Positions 41,540 through 52,155 of a DNA stretch of 64,000 bases are shown here, piece by piece. The notes under the pieces were generated by a model. The model did not search any database. It saw only the letters and a list, made by a program, of their open reading frames with translations, and was not told the DNA's origin. Source of the stretch: an uncultured Armatimonadia bacterium (GTDB lineage: Bacteria; Armatimonadota; Zipacnadia; CAVVLO01); assembly GCA_963749155.1 (NCBI GenBank), contig CAVVLO010000002.1, positions 192,001 through 256,000 of the forward strand, given 5' to 3'. Both the position numbers and the translations under genes were made by a program. Within the stretch, counting starts at the first letter, position 1. Every line of letters begins with the position of its first letter.

Positions 41540-44500
41540 TCAGCGCTTCAACTCGTAGGTCTGCGCGCGCCACGGCATCAGATTGAGTTTGCTGCCCGAT
41601 TCCAGGCTCTCAGTAAGGGCCAGGTTGCTTGCAGCGGTAACCTCCCGGCAGGTTGCGCTAACCTTGGCAGGACTCATATTAACAAGGCGTAGCCACAGCT
41701 TGCCCTCCTGAGGGAAGAGCGCCAGTACTTGGGTCTCAGCTCCAGCTTGCTCCAAGTCTACGAAGGAACCTTGCATCGGTGCGCTGCCACCGGTTCCGGT
41801 GAATTCGATGGCATAAAGCGGTGCATAAAACGCTTGCGCCTGTTGTTGCACCCAGGGCCGGTCGGTCTTGCCTGCATATGGGATCAACGCAAACTCCTGA
41901 TCCCAGGCGCCGGTGAGGAAGTTGTCCCCCCAGACATATTCGCCGCTGTAGGCAAGTAGGAGTTCCAGTGTCCCACCTACCGCCCGGTAACCAGACGAGC
42001 CGCGGTTCGCAATCGCAAGGCCCAGGTTGTCCTGCTCCAGGCCAGCCCACATATTCGCGTCGATGTCTACTGTCTTGGCGGGCAACTCGGAGATTATTAG
42101 AGGCAGATGACGTACCTTCGTAGGATAGCTACGTCCCCACACATAATCCCCTGCATATTTGGGATCAGCCAGAGTCGTCGCCAGGCTGTACCGCAGCTTC
42201 TCATCATGCTTGTGAGCGCGATACGAGCGCCTTTCCTGAGGCGTCTCTCCCTTGTCCGGACAACCGATACGCGTGCCCCGAGGCACATCTAGACTAACTG
42301 TAAGGCCGATCTTGGGATCACCTTCAGTGAAGTGATAGGTCAGCTTGTAACCAACTACCCCGACCCGGCCCTGTTCGACAACTTCCCAGTAGTCAGAGCC
42401 AGCAGCCGTAAGCTGCGCGCTGCCCTGGGAATAAGCCCAGTCGCTGTCTATCACGCCTGAAAGGGTGCCTGTCCGCACTCCGGGAGCGATCAGTTCCTTA
42501 CCAAGCTGTTTGTCGAAAAGCCGCGTCAGGCCACCGGTCGGCGCCCACTCGACGGTATAGCGGTCCGTCTCCAGCTTCAATTGGTCCGACTGCGAAGCCG
42601 CCGGTTGCAAGGCTTCCTCGGTCGAGAAGACCTTATACCCAAGCGCCGGGACGTCTTTTGCGACCAGTATACGGCCATCAGAGAGCGCCACTTTCTCCGT
42701 GCGTGGCTGGGCCGTTGGGTTGAAGACGAACACCGAGGGCCCCTTTGCCTCCGTCTGCTGTGCCAGATAAGTTGCAACCTCTTTGGCAAGCGCACCTGAG
42801 AGTTGCTCGGAGGGCACTGTGAAGTCGCGTCCTTCATCGTAGATAGCGCAGATGAGCGTATCGTGATGCTCGGCTATCAACAGTTGCTTCCAGGCCTCAT
42901 CCAGTCGCTGTTGATGTTCGGCAGTCCATTGGAATCCACTTCGGATTGCCCCTACTGCTAGCGCCTCGGCTGTCAAGGCTTTGCTTGAGGCAACGCGAGG
43001 GTTGGTCCAGGTGCGGTTGCCGGTATAGCCCCAGGGCTGCTGGGTGCTGAAGTCGTTTGGCCCGACTTGCCAGTCAACAGGCTCTATTCCAGCCTCAGTC
43101 AGAATTGCAAAATAGTCCTCATTCGTAACCCACTCGGTCCCCTGGCTTGAATGTCCAGCAGCGTCCTTCAGCAGTTGCTCACTGGGCCGCGTATACCAGT
43201 CCTCGCAGCGTGAAATGACCGGGTGGCTGATACCTCTGGCAAGCACCTCGGATTTCCAGTGCTCGACCTCCTTCCAGGTGGACGCAGCCCCGGTATTCCA
43301 TTCGATGCCAGGCTCGTAGTTGATGATGAGCCACTCGTTGCCGAGTCCATCGTTCTGGCGCACTGTATAAGCAGGTACCGAGAGGATCCGACTGCCATCT
43401 GGGCCTGTCCAGTTGACCAGGTCGGCATCCTTGTATGGACCATCTCCCCCGTAGGTCATATGGGTGCGGAATATGGCCCCCTCATAGCCCATCCCCGCAA
43501 GCACCTGGGGCAGCTGGGGCATCGTCTCATGCTCGCTATACATATAGATGGTGTTATCGTAGCCGAAGTGTTCCTTGATGGAGCGAGTGCCGTAGAAGAG
43601 CTGGCGGATGCCAGATTCTTCAGAAATAAAGGTGAAATAGGGCTGCCCATAGGAGCCTCCGCCCGGTACCCAGCGCCCCTGATATTTCTGGAGCCAGCCA
43701 CGCGCCTCGTCCATAAAGGTCGGATCGTTTTGCTCCAGCCAGTCGAGGGTATATCCCTCGGCTTGCAGCCCGATTCGCAGTTCCGGATGACTTTCCAGGT
43801 CTTCCACCGACCGCCGGGCTTCTTTCTGGATCTTCGGATACCCAACAGCATGATCATAACTGATCAGATAGAGTGGCCCCGAGGCTGGATCTGGCAGTGG
43901 TTTCACGTTCGAGATCACCTTTCCCGAGGCGACCAACGCCTCTGTTTTGCTTACAAGTCCAGACAGCTGCTGATTTATGTCAGCAGCGCGCGCATCGCCC
44001 GCCCAGAGCGCTACGAGATAATCCTTCCCGAAGTCCTGGACACTGCCGCACCCTGTATACCAGTAGTTGCCCCCATCAGTGTAGAGCTGCAACTGGCGCG
44101 TCTTGCCGAACCAGAGGTCACGCTGAAAGGGATAGGCCACAGCGAAGGCAGCCCCGCTCTCTGGATCGTCCAGCATCAGCCAGGGCTCAGAACGCGAGAA
44201 TTCGCCAAATCGCTCGGGGCCACCCCAGGCGCGCGCGCCAACATAGAATTCGCGCTGCTTGTCCGGCAGCGTCCCCTCGTACCGCAGCCGCGCATCTCCC
44301 GTGCAGGAATAATGGCTGAGAAAATCGACATCCACGTCCAGCTTTGGCCCCAGGCGTACCAGCACGGCCTTGCCGGGCCATCCGTTGGCCCCATACATCG
44401 ACTGAATGATTACGCCCTCGTCCAGGCAGTAAAACTGAGCCAGGTGCCGGCCTCCGGTCGCCTCGTCAAGCTGGCAACGCGAGGTTACCAGCACGCCCTC

Positions 44501-44800
44501 GGGCCAGGGCTGGATGGCAAGCACCGGTTTTACGGCACTGGTAGAAGGCAACTGTCCCGAGTCTGTGTTATAGCCGAACCAGCCAAACTCGCCTTTAGGC
44601 CGCATCACCGAACGCCATTCGCCCGAGCCTGGCAGTCGCACCAGCATATCGAAGACACCGCGATCGCGTTCAAGAACCAACTTAAAGGATTTCCCAATAA
44701 TAGAAATCGCTTTGGCATCCTCGACGACCGTCGGTTTGGAATAACCCGGCCAGGCCAGCACAGCTAGTAAACCGATAACCAGCATGGCCAGTGGTCTCAT
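41540..44800 (-). CDS. Secreted GH38/GH57-like glycosidase with an extra N-terminal beta domain
   Basis: Signal peptide; GGSYGQPY...SEESGIRQLFYG, PQLPQVL, WTGPDGSRI, WKQLLIAEHHD, FVFNPT (GH38 architecture). The canonical HxD..W and DxFG motifs are absent. Confidence 0.7.
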   Translation of the reverse strand: MRPLAMLVIGLLAVLAWPGYSKPTVVEDAKAISIIGKSFKLVLERDRGVFDMLVRLPGSGEWRSVMRPKGEFGWFGYNTDSGQLPSTSAVKPVLAIQPWPEGVLVTSRCQLDEATGGRHLAQFYCLDEGVIIQSMYGANGWPGKAVLVRLGPKLDVDVDFLSHYSCTGDARLRYEGTLPDKQREFYVGARAWGGPERFGEFSRSEPWLMLDDPESGAAFAVAYPFQRDLWFGKTRQLQLYTDGGNYWYTGCGSVQDFGKDYLVALWAGDARAADINQQLSGLVSKTEALVASGKVISNVKPLPDPASGPLYLISYDHAVGYPKIQKEARRSVEDLESHPELRIGLQAEGYTLDWLEQNDPTFMDEARGWLQKYQGRWVPGGGSYGQPYFTFISEESGIRQLFYGTRSIKEHFGYDNTIYMYSEHETMPQLPQVLAGMGYEGAIFRTHMTYGGDGPYKDADLVNWTGPDGSRILSVPAYTVRQNDGLGNEWLIINYEPGIEWNTGAASTWKEVEHWKSEVLARGISHPVISRCEDWYTRPSEQLLKDAAGHSSQGTEWVTNEDYFAILTEAGIEPVDWQVGPNDFSTQQPWGYTGNRTWTNPRVASSKALTAEALAVGAIRSGFQWTAEHQQRLDEAWKQLLIAEHHDTLICAIYDEGRDFTVPSEQLSGALAKEVATYLAQQTEAKGPSVFVFNPTAQPRTEKVALSDGRILVAKDVPALGYKVFSTEEALQPAASQSDQLKLETDRYTVEWAPTGGLTRLFDKQLGKELIAPGVRTGTLSGVIDSDWAYSQGSAQLTAAGSDYWEVVEQGRVGVVGYKLTYHFTEGDPKIGLTVSLDVPRGTRIGCPDKGETPQERRSYRAHKHDEKLRYSLATTLADPKYAGDYVWGRSYPTKVRHLPLIISELPAKTVDIDANMWAGLEQDNLGLAIANRGSSGYRAVGGTLELLLAYSGEYVWGDNFLTGAWDQEFALIPYAGKTDRPWVQQQAQAFYAPLYAIEFTGTGGSAPMQGSFVDLEQAGAETQVLALFPQEGKLWLRLVNMSPAKVSATCREVTAASNLALTESLESGSKLNLMPWRAQTYELKR

Positions 44801-46197
44801 CCGATGACAACCTTGTCAAAGCCAGCCAGATCAGCCAGATCCCCTAGTGCGCAAGCTCGCTCGCCTGGTATCAAGGCTGAATGGTGGCTTCCGCCGGCCT
44901 TGCTATACGCGGTCAGGAACTCGCCAACCGGTATGCGCGGCTTCAGTTTGAAGTGCGGCATAGTCATACTCTCCAGGACTGGGAACTCTGGTATGTCCAC
45001 CTCGGCGATAGTCAGACGGAAGCTCCCCTTCCCCACTGCGACGAGATTAGCCAGTGTCGCTGGCCCGGTCTGGAATCCGCCCATCACAATCACGGGGTCA
45101 GCCAGGTCGCCAAACTTGAAAGGCACCGCTTGCAGCCTGGCTCGCTTTCCAGCAAGCGCTGGGTTGCACTCGCCCATATGTGCCATCAGTAAGGTGTCGC
45201 CTTGCCAATCTGGACAGAACATCTCGGTAAACATCGCCCCACCGAAAGCTCTCATAACAGTGGCCACCAGGCTTGCGCACGCCACATCGCCCTCGCCAGC
45301 ATAACCAAGGCCCTCGGCCTGCAGTTTGCTGACACCAAGAAACGGCACCGTTGGCATATCCGGGACGTCGTTGAACGCCATAAAATGCATCGCGAAGGCA
45401 TCCAGGTCATAGACCTTGATCGCCTTTTTCAATCCTAACCCGGCGCGTACAGAGGCCGCATGCAGCGTAGCATCCAGGTCTGCGGGCGCCGTAAACCTGG
45501 CCAGGTCTGCCTGGCGTTCGGTCTCAACCTCGGCTTCACTGACCTCCTGGGCGAATCTGGCCACTTCGCGTGGGTCTAGGTTCACAACTTGCGGTCCTGC
45601 CACAAGCTGCAATTCGGTGAAACCGACGCTGAAGTCGCCCATCCCCTCGAACGGATTGCCAAGGAGTCCAACGCGCAAACGCTTCAGTTGCTCAGCAGCA
45701 GCAGCAACTCGCGCCCAGGCAATCGCTCCTTCGACCAGTGCCGGATCATCCAGCGCGCCACTGATAATCTGGTAACGCTTCCCGGCGCGCAGCAGGATGT
45801 TCGCCAGGTCCTGCGCGCCATGGATGCCGTGATTCTCCAGTATGTGCTGGCCTGTCAGAGTCTCGTCCAGATATGAGTCAGGAGTGGTGTTGAGCAGCAA
45901 AAGGGGCAGTCTTGTCCGAGTGAGTGCCGAAGCCGATATCAGGCTGGGCGCGTAAGAAAGGTGCAACACCATCAGCGCCTCGGTCCCGGCCGCCTCGAAA
46001 CCTGCTACTGCAGCGTCTACCTGCTCGCGTGTGTTACAGACCGGCGCCAGGGCTAGCTCAAGCTTGCCCTTGAAGGCTTCAGCGACCTTCTGGGCAAAAC
46101 TGGCCTGAAGTGGCTTCAGTTCGGGTACCGCGGCATCGTAAAGCTCGAGCATCAACGGCAGCAGTCCAACTTTCGGCAGTCGGTCTTCCATCATCAA
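44797..46197 (-). CDS. L-arabinose/L-fucose isomerase-family protein
   Basis: NHGIHGAQD, EGMGDF, GYAGEGD, FTEM, AHMGECNP, GGSHHSAL. Confidence 0.85.
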   Translation of the reverse strand: MMMEDRLPKVGLLPLMLELYDAAVPELKPLQASFAQKVAEAFKGKLELALAPVCNTREQVDAAVAGFEAAGTEALMVLHLSYAPSLISASALTRTRLPLLLLNTTPDSYLDETLTGQHILENHGIHGAQDLANILLRAGKRYQIISGALDDPALVEGAIAWARVAAAAEQLKRLRVGLLGNPFEGMGDFSVGFTELQLVAGPQVVNLDPREVARFAQEVSEAEVETERQADLARFTAPADLDATLHAASVRAGLGLKKAIKVYDLDAFAMHFMAFNDVPDMPTVPFLGVSKLQAEGLGYAGEGDVACASLVATVMRAFGGAMFTEMFCPDWQGDTLLMAHMGECNPALAGKRARLQAVPFKFGDLADPVIVMGGFQTGPATLANLVAVGKGSFRLTIAEVDIPEFPVLESMTMPHFKLKPRIPVGEFLTAYSKAGGSHHSALIPGERACALGDLADLAGFDKVVIG

Positions 46198-46213
46198 ACG
46201 CCTCCCATTGGCG

Positions 46214-47245
46214 CTAGCGAGCTACAAGTGGCGGTATCAGCCGCCAGGCGTTGTCAAATAACACTGAGTCCACTTCGTCCTGGGTCAGTCCAGCCCTCTC
46301 GGCACCAATACGCAGCCCCTTTAGGGCCTCGTAAATAAAGTAGGTAAAGTCAGCTTCCACCTCGGGCGGTTGCCTGTCCTTGTTCCAGGGGAAGTCGCCA
46401 CTCACGATATTGCGATAAGTCTCGCCTTCCCAAACTCGGTAACCTCGCATCCGGGACAGCACCGGAAAATCAGTGCCCCAGAGAATCCTTTGCGGGCCAA
46501 GGACTTGAAAGGCCAGTTCAAACACGTCAGGATTCAACACCGCGCAGCAATCAAACAATATCCGGTCTGCTTCGGCAAGCTCGGGAAACGCTGCTTCTGC
46601 GAAGGGCAAACAATAGGAGCGCCCCAGGTGAGCTATTACCAGCCTGGCTTTGCGATACTGCTGGTTCCAGCGTTTCAGCACTTCCAAAGTATGCTTGTCC
46701 CGCAGACGTTCCGCCCCCGGCACATGCACCGTCGCCATAAGACCAAGCTCGTCCAGCACTTCGACATGCTGTTCTGGAAGCATCTCTTCCAGTGCTACTT
46801 CCGCCTCAGGCTTGCCGGTAAGCCCCCAATAAGGCTTCACTCCGCAAAATTGGCCCTGTACCAGCACATCACGCAAGTGCTCTTGTGACCAGTTTGGGTC
46901 CAGCACTGCAAGTGCCCAACTCTGCTTCCCATCTGCAACTGACGCCGAGTAGGCATTAGCGGTCTCGATATTCGTGCCTTTCGACACCGGCCCAAAATGC
47001 AGTCGAAAAACTTCGCTCTGGGGAAATAGCTTCTCATAGTCAGCCTCCATATCTTCTGCAAGATACTGAGGATAAGAGACTGCGTTCGCCCAGTTCGACT
47101 GGATTAACTCCTCGGTAAGCTGAGGGCAATCCTGGTCACGCTTGACATGCGTGTGGGCATCGAAGAGCTTTGAAGGCAGCCAACTTCCCAGCTCTTTATC
47201 GTAAAAGTCGCGGTCTACTTCTCGCCACGCAAGCAGATCTTCCAT
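46214..47245 (-). CDS. Amidohydrolase-family (TIM-barrel metal-dependent) protein
   Basis: FDAHTH, GVKPY, TVH, IAHLGR, ILWGTDFP. Confidence 0.88.
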   Translation of the reverse strand: MEDLLAWREVDRDFYDKELGSWLPSKLFDAHTHVKRDQDCPQLTEELIQSNWANAVSYPQYLAEDMEADYEKLFPQSEVFRLHFGPVSKGTNIETANAYSASVADGKQSWALAVLDPNWSQEHLRDVLVQGQFCGVKPYWGLTGKPEAEVALEEMLPEQHVEVLDELGLMATVHVPGAERLRDKHTLEVLKRWNQQYRKARLVIAHLGRSYCLPFAEAAFPELAEADRILFDCCAVLNPDVFELAFQVLGPQRILWGTDFPVLSRMRGYRVWEGETYRNIVSGDFPWNKDRQPPEVEADFTYFIYEALKGLRIGAERAGLTQDEVDSVLFDNAWRLIPPLVAR

Positions 47246-47248
47246 TAA

Positions 47249-48739
47249 CTACTCCTTTGCGTAAAGCACCGTATAAGCCTTCTCAAAACGCTCATAACAC
47301 GCTTCGTAGCCAGGCCCCAAAGCAGCCTCTGGCTCGAAGAGCCGGTCAGCCGAATACCAGGCTGTGGCGGCGTCTTCGATTGATGTAAAATGGCCAGACC
47401 CCACCGCGGCAAGCAAAGCAGCGCCCAGGGAGGCTGCCTCCGAGCAGGCAGGACGCTCCACTGGCAATCCAGTCACATCAGCCAGTATCTGCAGCCATAA
47501 AGCGCTTTTGGCGCCTCCACCAAGTGCCCGGATGATCTCGCAAGGCCCAGCTACGGCTGCCAATCTTTCTACATGTTCGCGCAGGCAGAAAGCGATTGAT
47601 TCCAGAATAGCCCGCACCAGATGGCCGCGCGTATGAGCAAGTGACAATCCGATGAAAGCTCCTCGTGCCTCGGCATTGAAGTCAGGTGAAGCCGTCCCAG
47701 TCAGGTGAGGCAGCATTATCAATCCTTCAGCGCCTGGTTGCACCCTGGCAGCTTCCTCATCAAGCTCGTGAAAAGTACTAGCTTCTCCTGCCAGCGTATT
47801 GCGGAACCAGGCCAGTGCCATTGCTGCCGTCTGCGTAAAAGATAACAAGCCATGCAAGCCCTCGACGGCATGCGCTCCGAAGCTGACGCCAAAACGCCAG
47901 CTAGCTGGAGCTTGTTCACTACTTGCCATCACCGCTAGTGCGGTACCCAGATTGGCGCTAACCAGTCCGCATCGCACATTGCCCGCTCCCAGCATCGCCG
48001 TCGTCTGGTCGTTTGCGCCTACTACGACCAACGTCTCACTGGCTAGCCCAAGCCTGGCCGCGACTACTGGTAGTATCCTGCCCACAACCTCGCCCGACTT
48101 GCCTATACGTGGAAGCTGTTCAGGCGTCACACCCACCACTTCGAGCATCTCCGGCCACCAGTCGCCTGTGCCTTCGTCCATTAGCGCCATCGAACTCAGA
48201 TCCTGGGGATCGCCAACCAGTTCGCCGGTCAGTTGCCAGATCAGATAATCAGGCAGCATCAAGTATTTGGCAGTCCTCGCGAAGACTTCAGGCTGATGAC
48301 GAGCTAGCCACATTATCTTGGGCGCCGAGGCTATCTCGTTAAAATTCGGTACGCCGGTCCGCTGGTAGAATTCCTCTCTGCTGAACTTTTCAGCCAGCCT
48401 TCGAGTCTCTTCGGTTGCCCGGGTATCGAGCCAGCTGAGCGCGTTGGTCAGGGGATTCATCCCCTCATCGAAGGCAGCGAAGGTCTGCCCCTGGCTTGAG
48501 AGCCCAATAGCGAGCACTGCTTCAGGTTGCTGTCCAGCCAGGCACTCTGCAACTCCTGCCGAGAAAGCCTCGAAATAGCGCTCTACAGGTAGTTCCACGA
48601 AACCAGGCCTGGGCTTGTGCAGCTCATAACTCTGACTGGATAGCGCAATCAGCTTGCCCTCGGCGGTGAATAGTCCAACCTTCATCGCCGTGGTGCCAAT
48701 ATCTACCGACAGAAACAGTTCTGGGCAAGGACTGCTCAT
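47249..48739 (-). CDS. FGGY-family carbohydrate kinase
   Basis: SVDIGTTAMK, SSQGQT, WLDTRA, GANDQ, LGT, LPHLTG, GGGAKS. Confidence 0.92.
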   Translation of the reverse strand: MSSPCPELFLSVDIGTTAMKVGLFTAEGKLIALSSQSYELHKPRPGFVELPVERYFEAFSAGVAECLAGQQPEAVLAIGLSSQGQTFAAFDEGMNPLTNALSWLDTRATEETRRLAEKFSREEFYQRTGVPNFNEIASAPKIMWLARHQPEVFARTAKYLMLPDYLIWQLTGELVGDPQDLSSMALMDEGTGDWWPEMLEVVGVTPEQLPRIGKSGEVVGRILPVVAARLGLASETLVVVGANDQTTAMLGAGNVRCGLVSANLGTALAVMASSEQAPASWRFGVSFGAHAVEGLHGLLSFTQTAAMALAWFRNTLAGEASTFHELDEEAARVQPGAEGLIMLPHLTGTASPDFNAEARGAFIGLSLAHTRGHLVRAILESIAFCLREHVERLAAVAGPCEIIRALGGGAKSALWLQILADVTGLPVERPACSEAASLGAALLAAVGSGHFTSIEDAATAWYSADRLFEPEAALGPGYEACYERFEKAYTVLYAKE

Positions 48740-49530
48740 CCCTCACGTCCCGAGCGCCAGAATTCCATAAGAAAACGTGCTCCTACCTCTACTGCCGCCT
48801 CCAATATCACCTTGCCGGTCTCAGCGCTTGCCACCAGCGGGTCTCCATAGATCCCCTGCACGCTTGGCTGCAGGTACCAGGTGGACCAGGTTACCTTCTG
48901 ACTGCCCTCGAAGTTGTCTCCCGCGACGAATTCCGACTGGTAACGCATAATGTCCTCTGAGGTGGCTTTGGAAAGGTCTACTACTTCAGGGCTGATATGC
49001 ATCACAAGTGATGTCTCCCATTCTCCCCCGTGAATGGAACCACCTCGCGGAGACTTCCGGATGGCCTGATAAGCGGGTGTCGAGAGCTTTGCCGGACTCA
49101 AAATTGCTATCGGTTTATCTTTCGCATCACACAGTTCGCGCGATACCACATTGAGGGCGCCACTGTGATGGCCATGACAGTCGAGGAGTGCGATTTTAGT
49201 GAAACCCATCTCCATCAGCGAATTGCACAAGTCGTAGATATAGTCCATAAACACCCGGCTCCGCACGATAATTGTGCCAGGCCAGTTGCGCATTATCTTC
49301 ATCGAGTAGCCATAACGCACCGTGTCAAGCAGCAGCAACGGCAACTGGCCCTCTAAGGCTGCCGCCAGCCCAGCCCCATAAGCCTCGGCGATGCGCGCAT
49401 CGGTATCTACCGGTAAATGCGTTCCGTGCTCTTCCGTAGTGCCTATTGGCAATATCAATAGTGAGTCCTGCCTGAGATGCTCCGCCAGGCTCGCGGTGTT
49501 CTGGTCTCTGTACAGGTAACTCATCATCAT
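48736..49530 (-). CDS. Creatininase-family amidohydrolase
   Basis: PIGTTEEHGTHLPVDTD, DCHGHH, HGGEWETS, GIYGDP..ASAETGK. Confidence 0.92.
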   Translation of the reverse strand: MMMSYLYRDQNTASLAEHLRQDSLLILPIGTTEEHGTHLPVDTDARIAEAYGAGLAAALEGQLPLLLLDTVRYGYSMKIMRNWPGTIIVRSRVFMDYIYDLCNSLMEMGFTKIALLDCHGHHSGALNVVSRELCDAKDKPIAILSPAKLSTPAYQAIRKSPRGGSIHGGEWETSLVMHISPEVVDLSKATSEDIMRYQSEFVAGDNFEGSQKVTWSTWYLQPSVQGIYGDPLVASAETGKVILEAAVEVGARFLMEFWRSGREG

Positions 49531-49539
49531 AACCTCACT

Positions 49540-50661
49540 CTAGACCTTCTGCCAGGTGCCGGTCTCGGCTGAATGTTCCATTACAGCTAGTGTATGTTGC
49601 ATCGAAAGCCCATGTGCAATCGAAGGCTCGCCTTGTTGTCCTGCTGCGATAGCCTCGATGAAAGTGAAAATCGAATGGATATGCCCTCTCAGCCAGCCCG
49701 GGGTAGCTTTGGGGGTAGGAAAGCTCGCCGGTTTCTCATATCGCTGCACGGTAGCTATCTTCTTCCATCCTCTGGTGCCCCCAAGTGGGCTTTCAGGATC
49801 TCGCATGTCATAGGCTTCGAGCCAACTCGTGTCCATCAGATTGAAGCGTAAAGCCCCCTGAGTGCCGTGTATCTCAAATCGCATCTCGTCTTCGGCACCT
49901 GTTGCGATTTTTGAGGCTTCGATTGTTCCCACCGCGCCGTTAGCAAGCTTGCATAAAGCTACCACATTGTCTTCTGCATCAACAGTTATCCGCTCATCAT
50001 GCCAGATGCGCTCGGGATAGAGAATATGCGTCGCTGTCATCACACTCTCCAGCGGACCTAACAACCAGACCATTAGATCCAGGATGTGTGATCCCAGGTC
50101 CTGCAGTACTCCCCCGCCTTCTGACTTCATCTGCTTCCAGCCCATTGGGCGGCTCGCATCGAGGCTGCCGGCATGCAGATATGCTCCCCGAAAACCTGTG
50201 ATTTCACCGAGGAATCCTTCGTCGATAAGCTGCCTGGCCTTCAGCGGGGCTGGATAGAAACGATTGTGGAAGGAGACCTGGCCAATTCCATGCCAGGTTT
50301 TCATGGCCTCAGCCACCTGAATCGCTTCCGCATCACTCACTACGAGAGGCTTTTCGCAGTAGATGTGTTTGCCTGCCTTCATTGCAGCCACAAGCTGCTC
50401 GGCGTGCATTCTGTTTGGAGAACAGATATCTATAATATCGACATCTTCACGTTCTATCAGTGCGTGCCAGTCACAGGTCCACGACTCAAAGCCTCCCTGG
50501 CTGGCCGCCTTGCGAGCAGCTGTCTCATTCAGGTCCGCAACTGCCACCTGCCTTATCTCAACCGGAAGTGGATCATAAAAAAGTGGCAAGCTACGATAAC
50601 AATGAGTATGGGTTTTCCCCATAAAACCAAATCCGATCATACCAATACCAAGTGGCTTCAT
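49540..50661 (-). CDS. Gfo/Idh/MocA-family NAD(P)-dependent oxidoreductase
   Basis: IGFGFMGKTH, GKHIYCEKP, GGGVLQDLGSHILD. Confidence 0.93.
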   Translation of the reverse strand: MKPLGIGMIGFGFMGKTHTHCYRSLPLFYDPLPVEIRQVAVADLNETAARKAASQGGFESWTCDWHALIEREDVDIIDICSPNRMHAEQLVAAMKAGKHIYCEKPLVVSDAEAIQVAEAMKTWHGIGQVSFHNRFYPAPLKARQLIDEGFLGEITGFRGAYLHAGSLDASRPMGWKQMKSEGGGVLQDLGSHILDLMVWLLGPLESVMTATHILYPERIWHDERITVDAEDNVVALCKLANGAVGTIEASKIATGAEDEMRFEIHGTQGALRFNLMDTSWLEAYDMRDPESPLGGTRGWKKIATVQRYEKPASFPTPKATPGWLRGHIHSIFTFIEAIAAGQQGEPSIAHGLSMQHTLAVMEHSAETGTWQKV

Positions 50662-52149
50662 TCCTGGTCCTCCCCAAGCCCGACTCCAGAGGCATATAGC
50701 AACTCACAACTGGCTCGGTAATTCTGATAGTACCTTGCATATCTGTCTACTTCCGAGGCTCTTGGTTCAAACCGCCTGGCCGGGCGGTGCCAGGCAAGCG
50801 AGGCTTCTTTTAGACTTGCGAATTGCCCGATTCCCGTTGCGGCAAGCATCGCTGCGCCAACTGAAGCCGCACTCGGGCACACTGGCTGCTCTACGGGAAC
50901 CCCTAACACATCAGCCTTCACCTGCAGCCAGAAACCACTTGCAGCCGCCCTGCCCAGTGAGCGCACCTCTGACACCGAGACGCCGGATTCTGTGACTGGC
51001 AGCAAACAGTCTTTCAGCAAATAGGCGGTTGCTTCAACCATCGCTCTGGCTATGTGACCGCGTCCATGCGCCAGATTTAGTCCTAGCAGCGCCCCTCTTG
51101 CCCGGGGGATAGGCTTCGGCAGTGTAACTCCCTCGAAACCCGGCAGTACCAGCAAGCCTTCCGAACCGGCCGGGACAGCCTCAGCCTGCGCCAGCAGCTC
51201 CTGGATTGTGATAGAAGGACGAGACCACTCTCTTAGCCACGAGAGCAGTACCCCAGAGACCTGGGCATAAGGCATCAGATAACTAAGGCCAGGCACCGCG
51301 TGGTTGCCAAGATAAACCGGTGCGCCTTCAAGCGGCTCTGCGAGGGTAACAATGCCCGCAAGCGCTGTACCTGTTGTCTCGGACACCAATCCAGCTTCGA
51401 CATTCCCGACTCCAAGTGCTCCGGCCAGTTGATCATTGCATCCAAGACAGACTGGTGTACCCTCAGGCACTCCGAGCAGATCGCGCAGGCTCGTTCAGCA
51501 GTTTCCCTGCCAGTCTGCCGGGCTCTGCAATAGCCGACAATTGCCCGCTCGTCACTCCAGCGATTGCCAGCAGCTCTGGCGACCATTGTTTTGTCTGCTT
51601 GTCCATCAGTCCGCTCATCTGGCCAATCACATAATCAGTCATAAACTCGCCAGTCAGGCGCCAGATGAGGTAGTCGGGCAGTTGGGGGAACTTCCACGCG
51701 CTGTGGACGCCGGGAGCATGGTGTGCAAGCCAGGCCAGCTTGAATACTGTCAAAGCCGCGGGTATGCCTGGATAGCCTGTCAGTTGCTGAAAATGGTCTG
51801 CTGAGAGCCCCTGGTCCACCAGACCCTCCGCAATCCCCTGCGCCCGGTTATCTACCCAGACGATAGCATCGGAAAGTGGCCTGCCCTTCGGGTCCAGAGG
51901 TACGAAAGTCTGCCCCTGCGAGCTAAAGCCAATAGCCAGCACTTCCTGTCCAGCGGCAGCGTCAAGCACTTCTCGCGCGCCAGCAAGCAGTGCCTGCCAA
52001 TAAGTGTCAGGGGCCATCTCGGCCCAACCTGGCCTGGCCGCGCGAAATTGATATTCCTGGCTTGAGAGCGCCAAAACTTCACCCTCGTCGCTAACGAGAG
52101 CGGTCTTCAGCGCCGTAGTGCCCAGGTCAAAGGTCAGATAGCTTGCCAT
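50658..52149 (-). CDS. Second FGGY-family carbohydrate kinase; frameshift near 51480
   Basis: FDLGTTALK, SSQGQT, WVDNRA in ORF 51463-52149; GCNDQ, TGT, ARGALLGL in ORF 50658-51470. Confidence 0.88.
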
Positions 52150-52155
52150 CGGCCT

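Noticed and set aside
43223..44767. 514-aa plus-strand ORF
   Set aside because: Antisense shadow of the GH38-like gene with no motifs; expected in GC-rich DNA.
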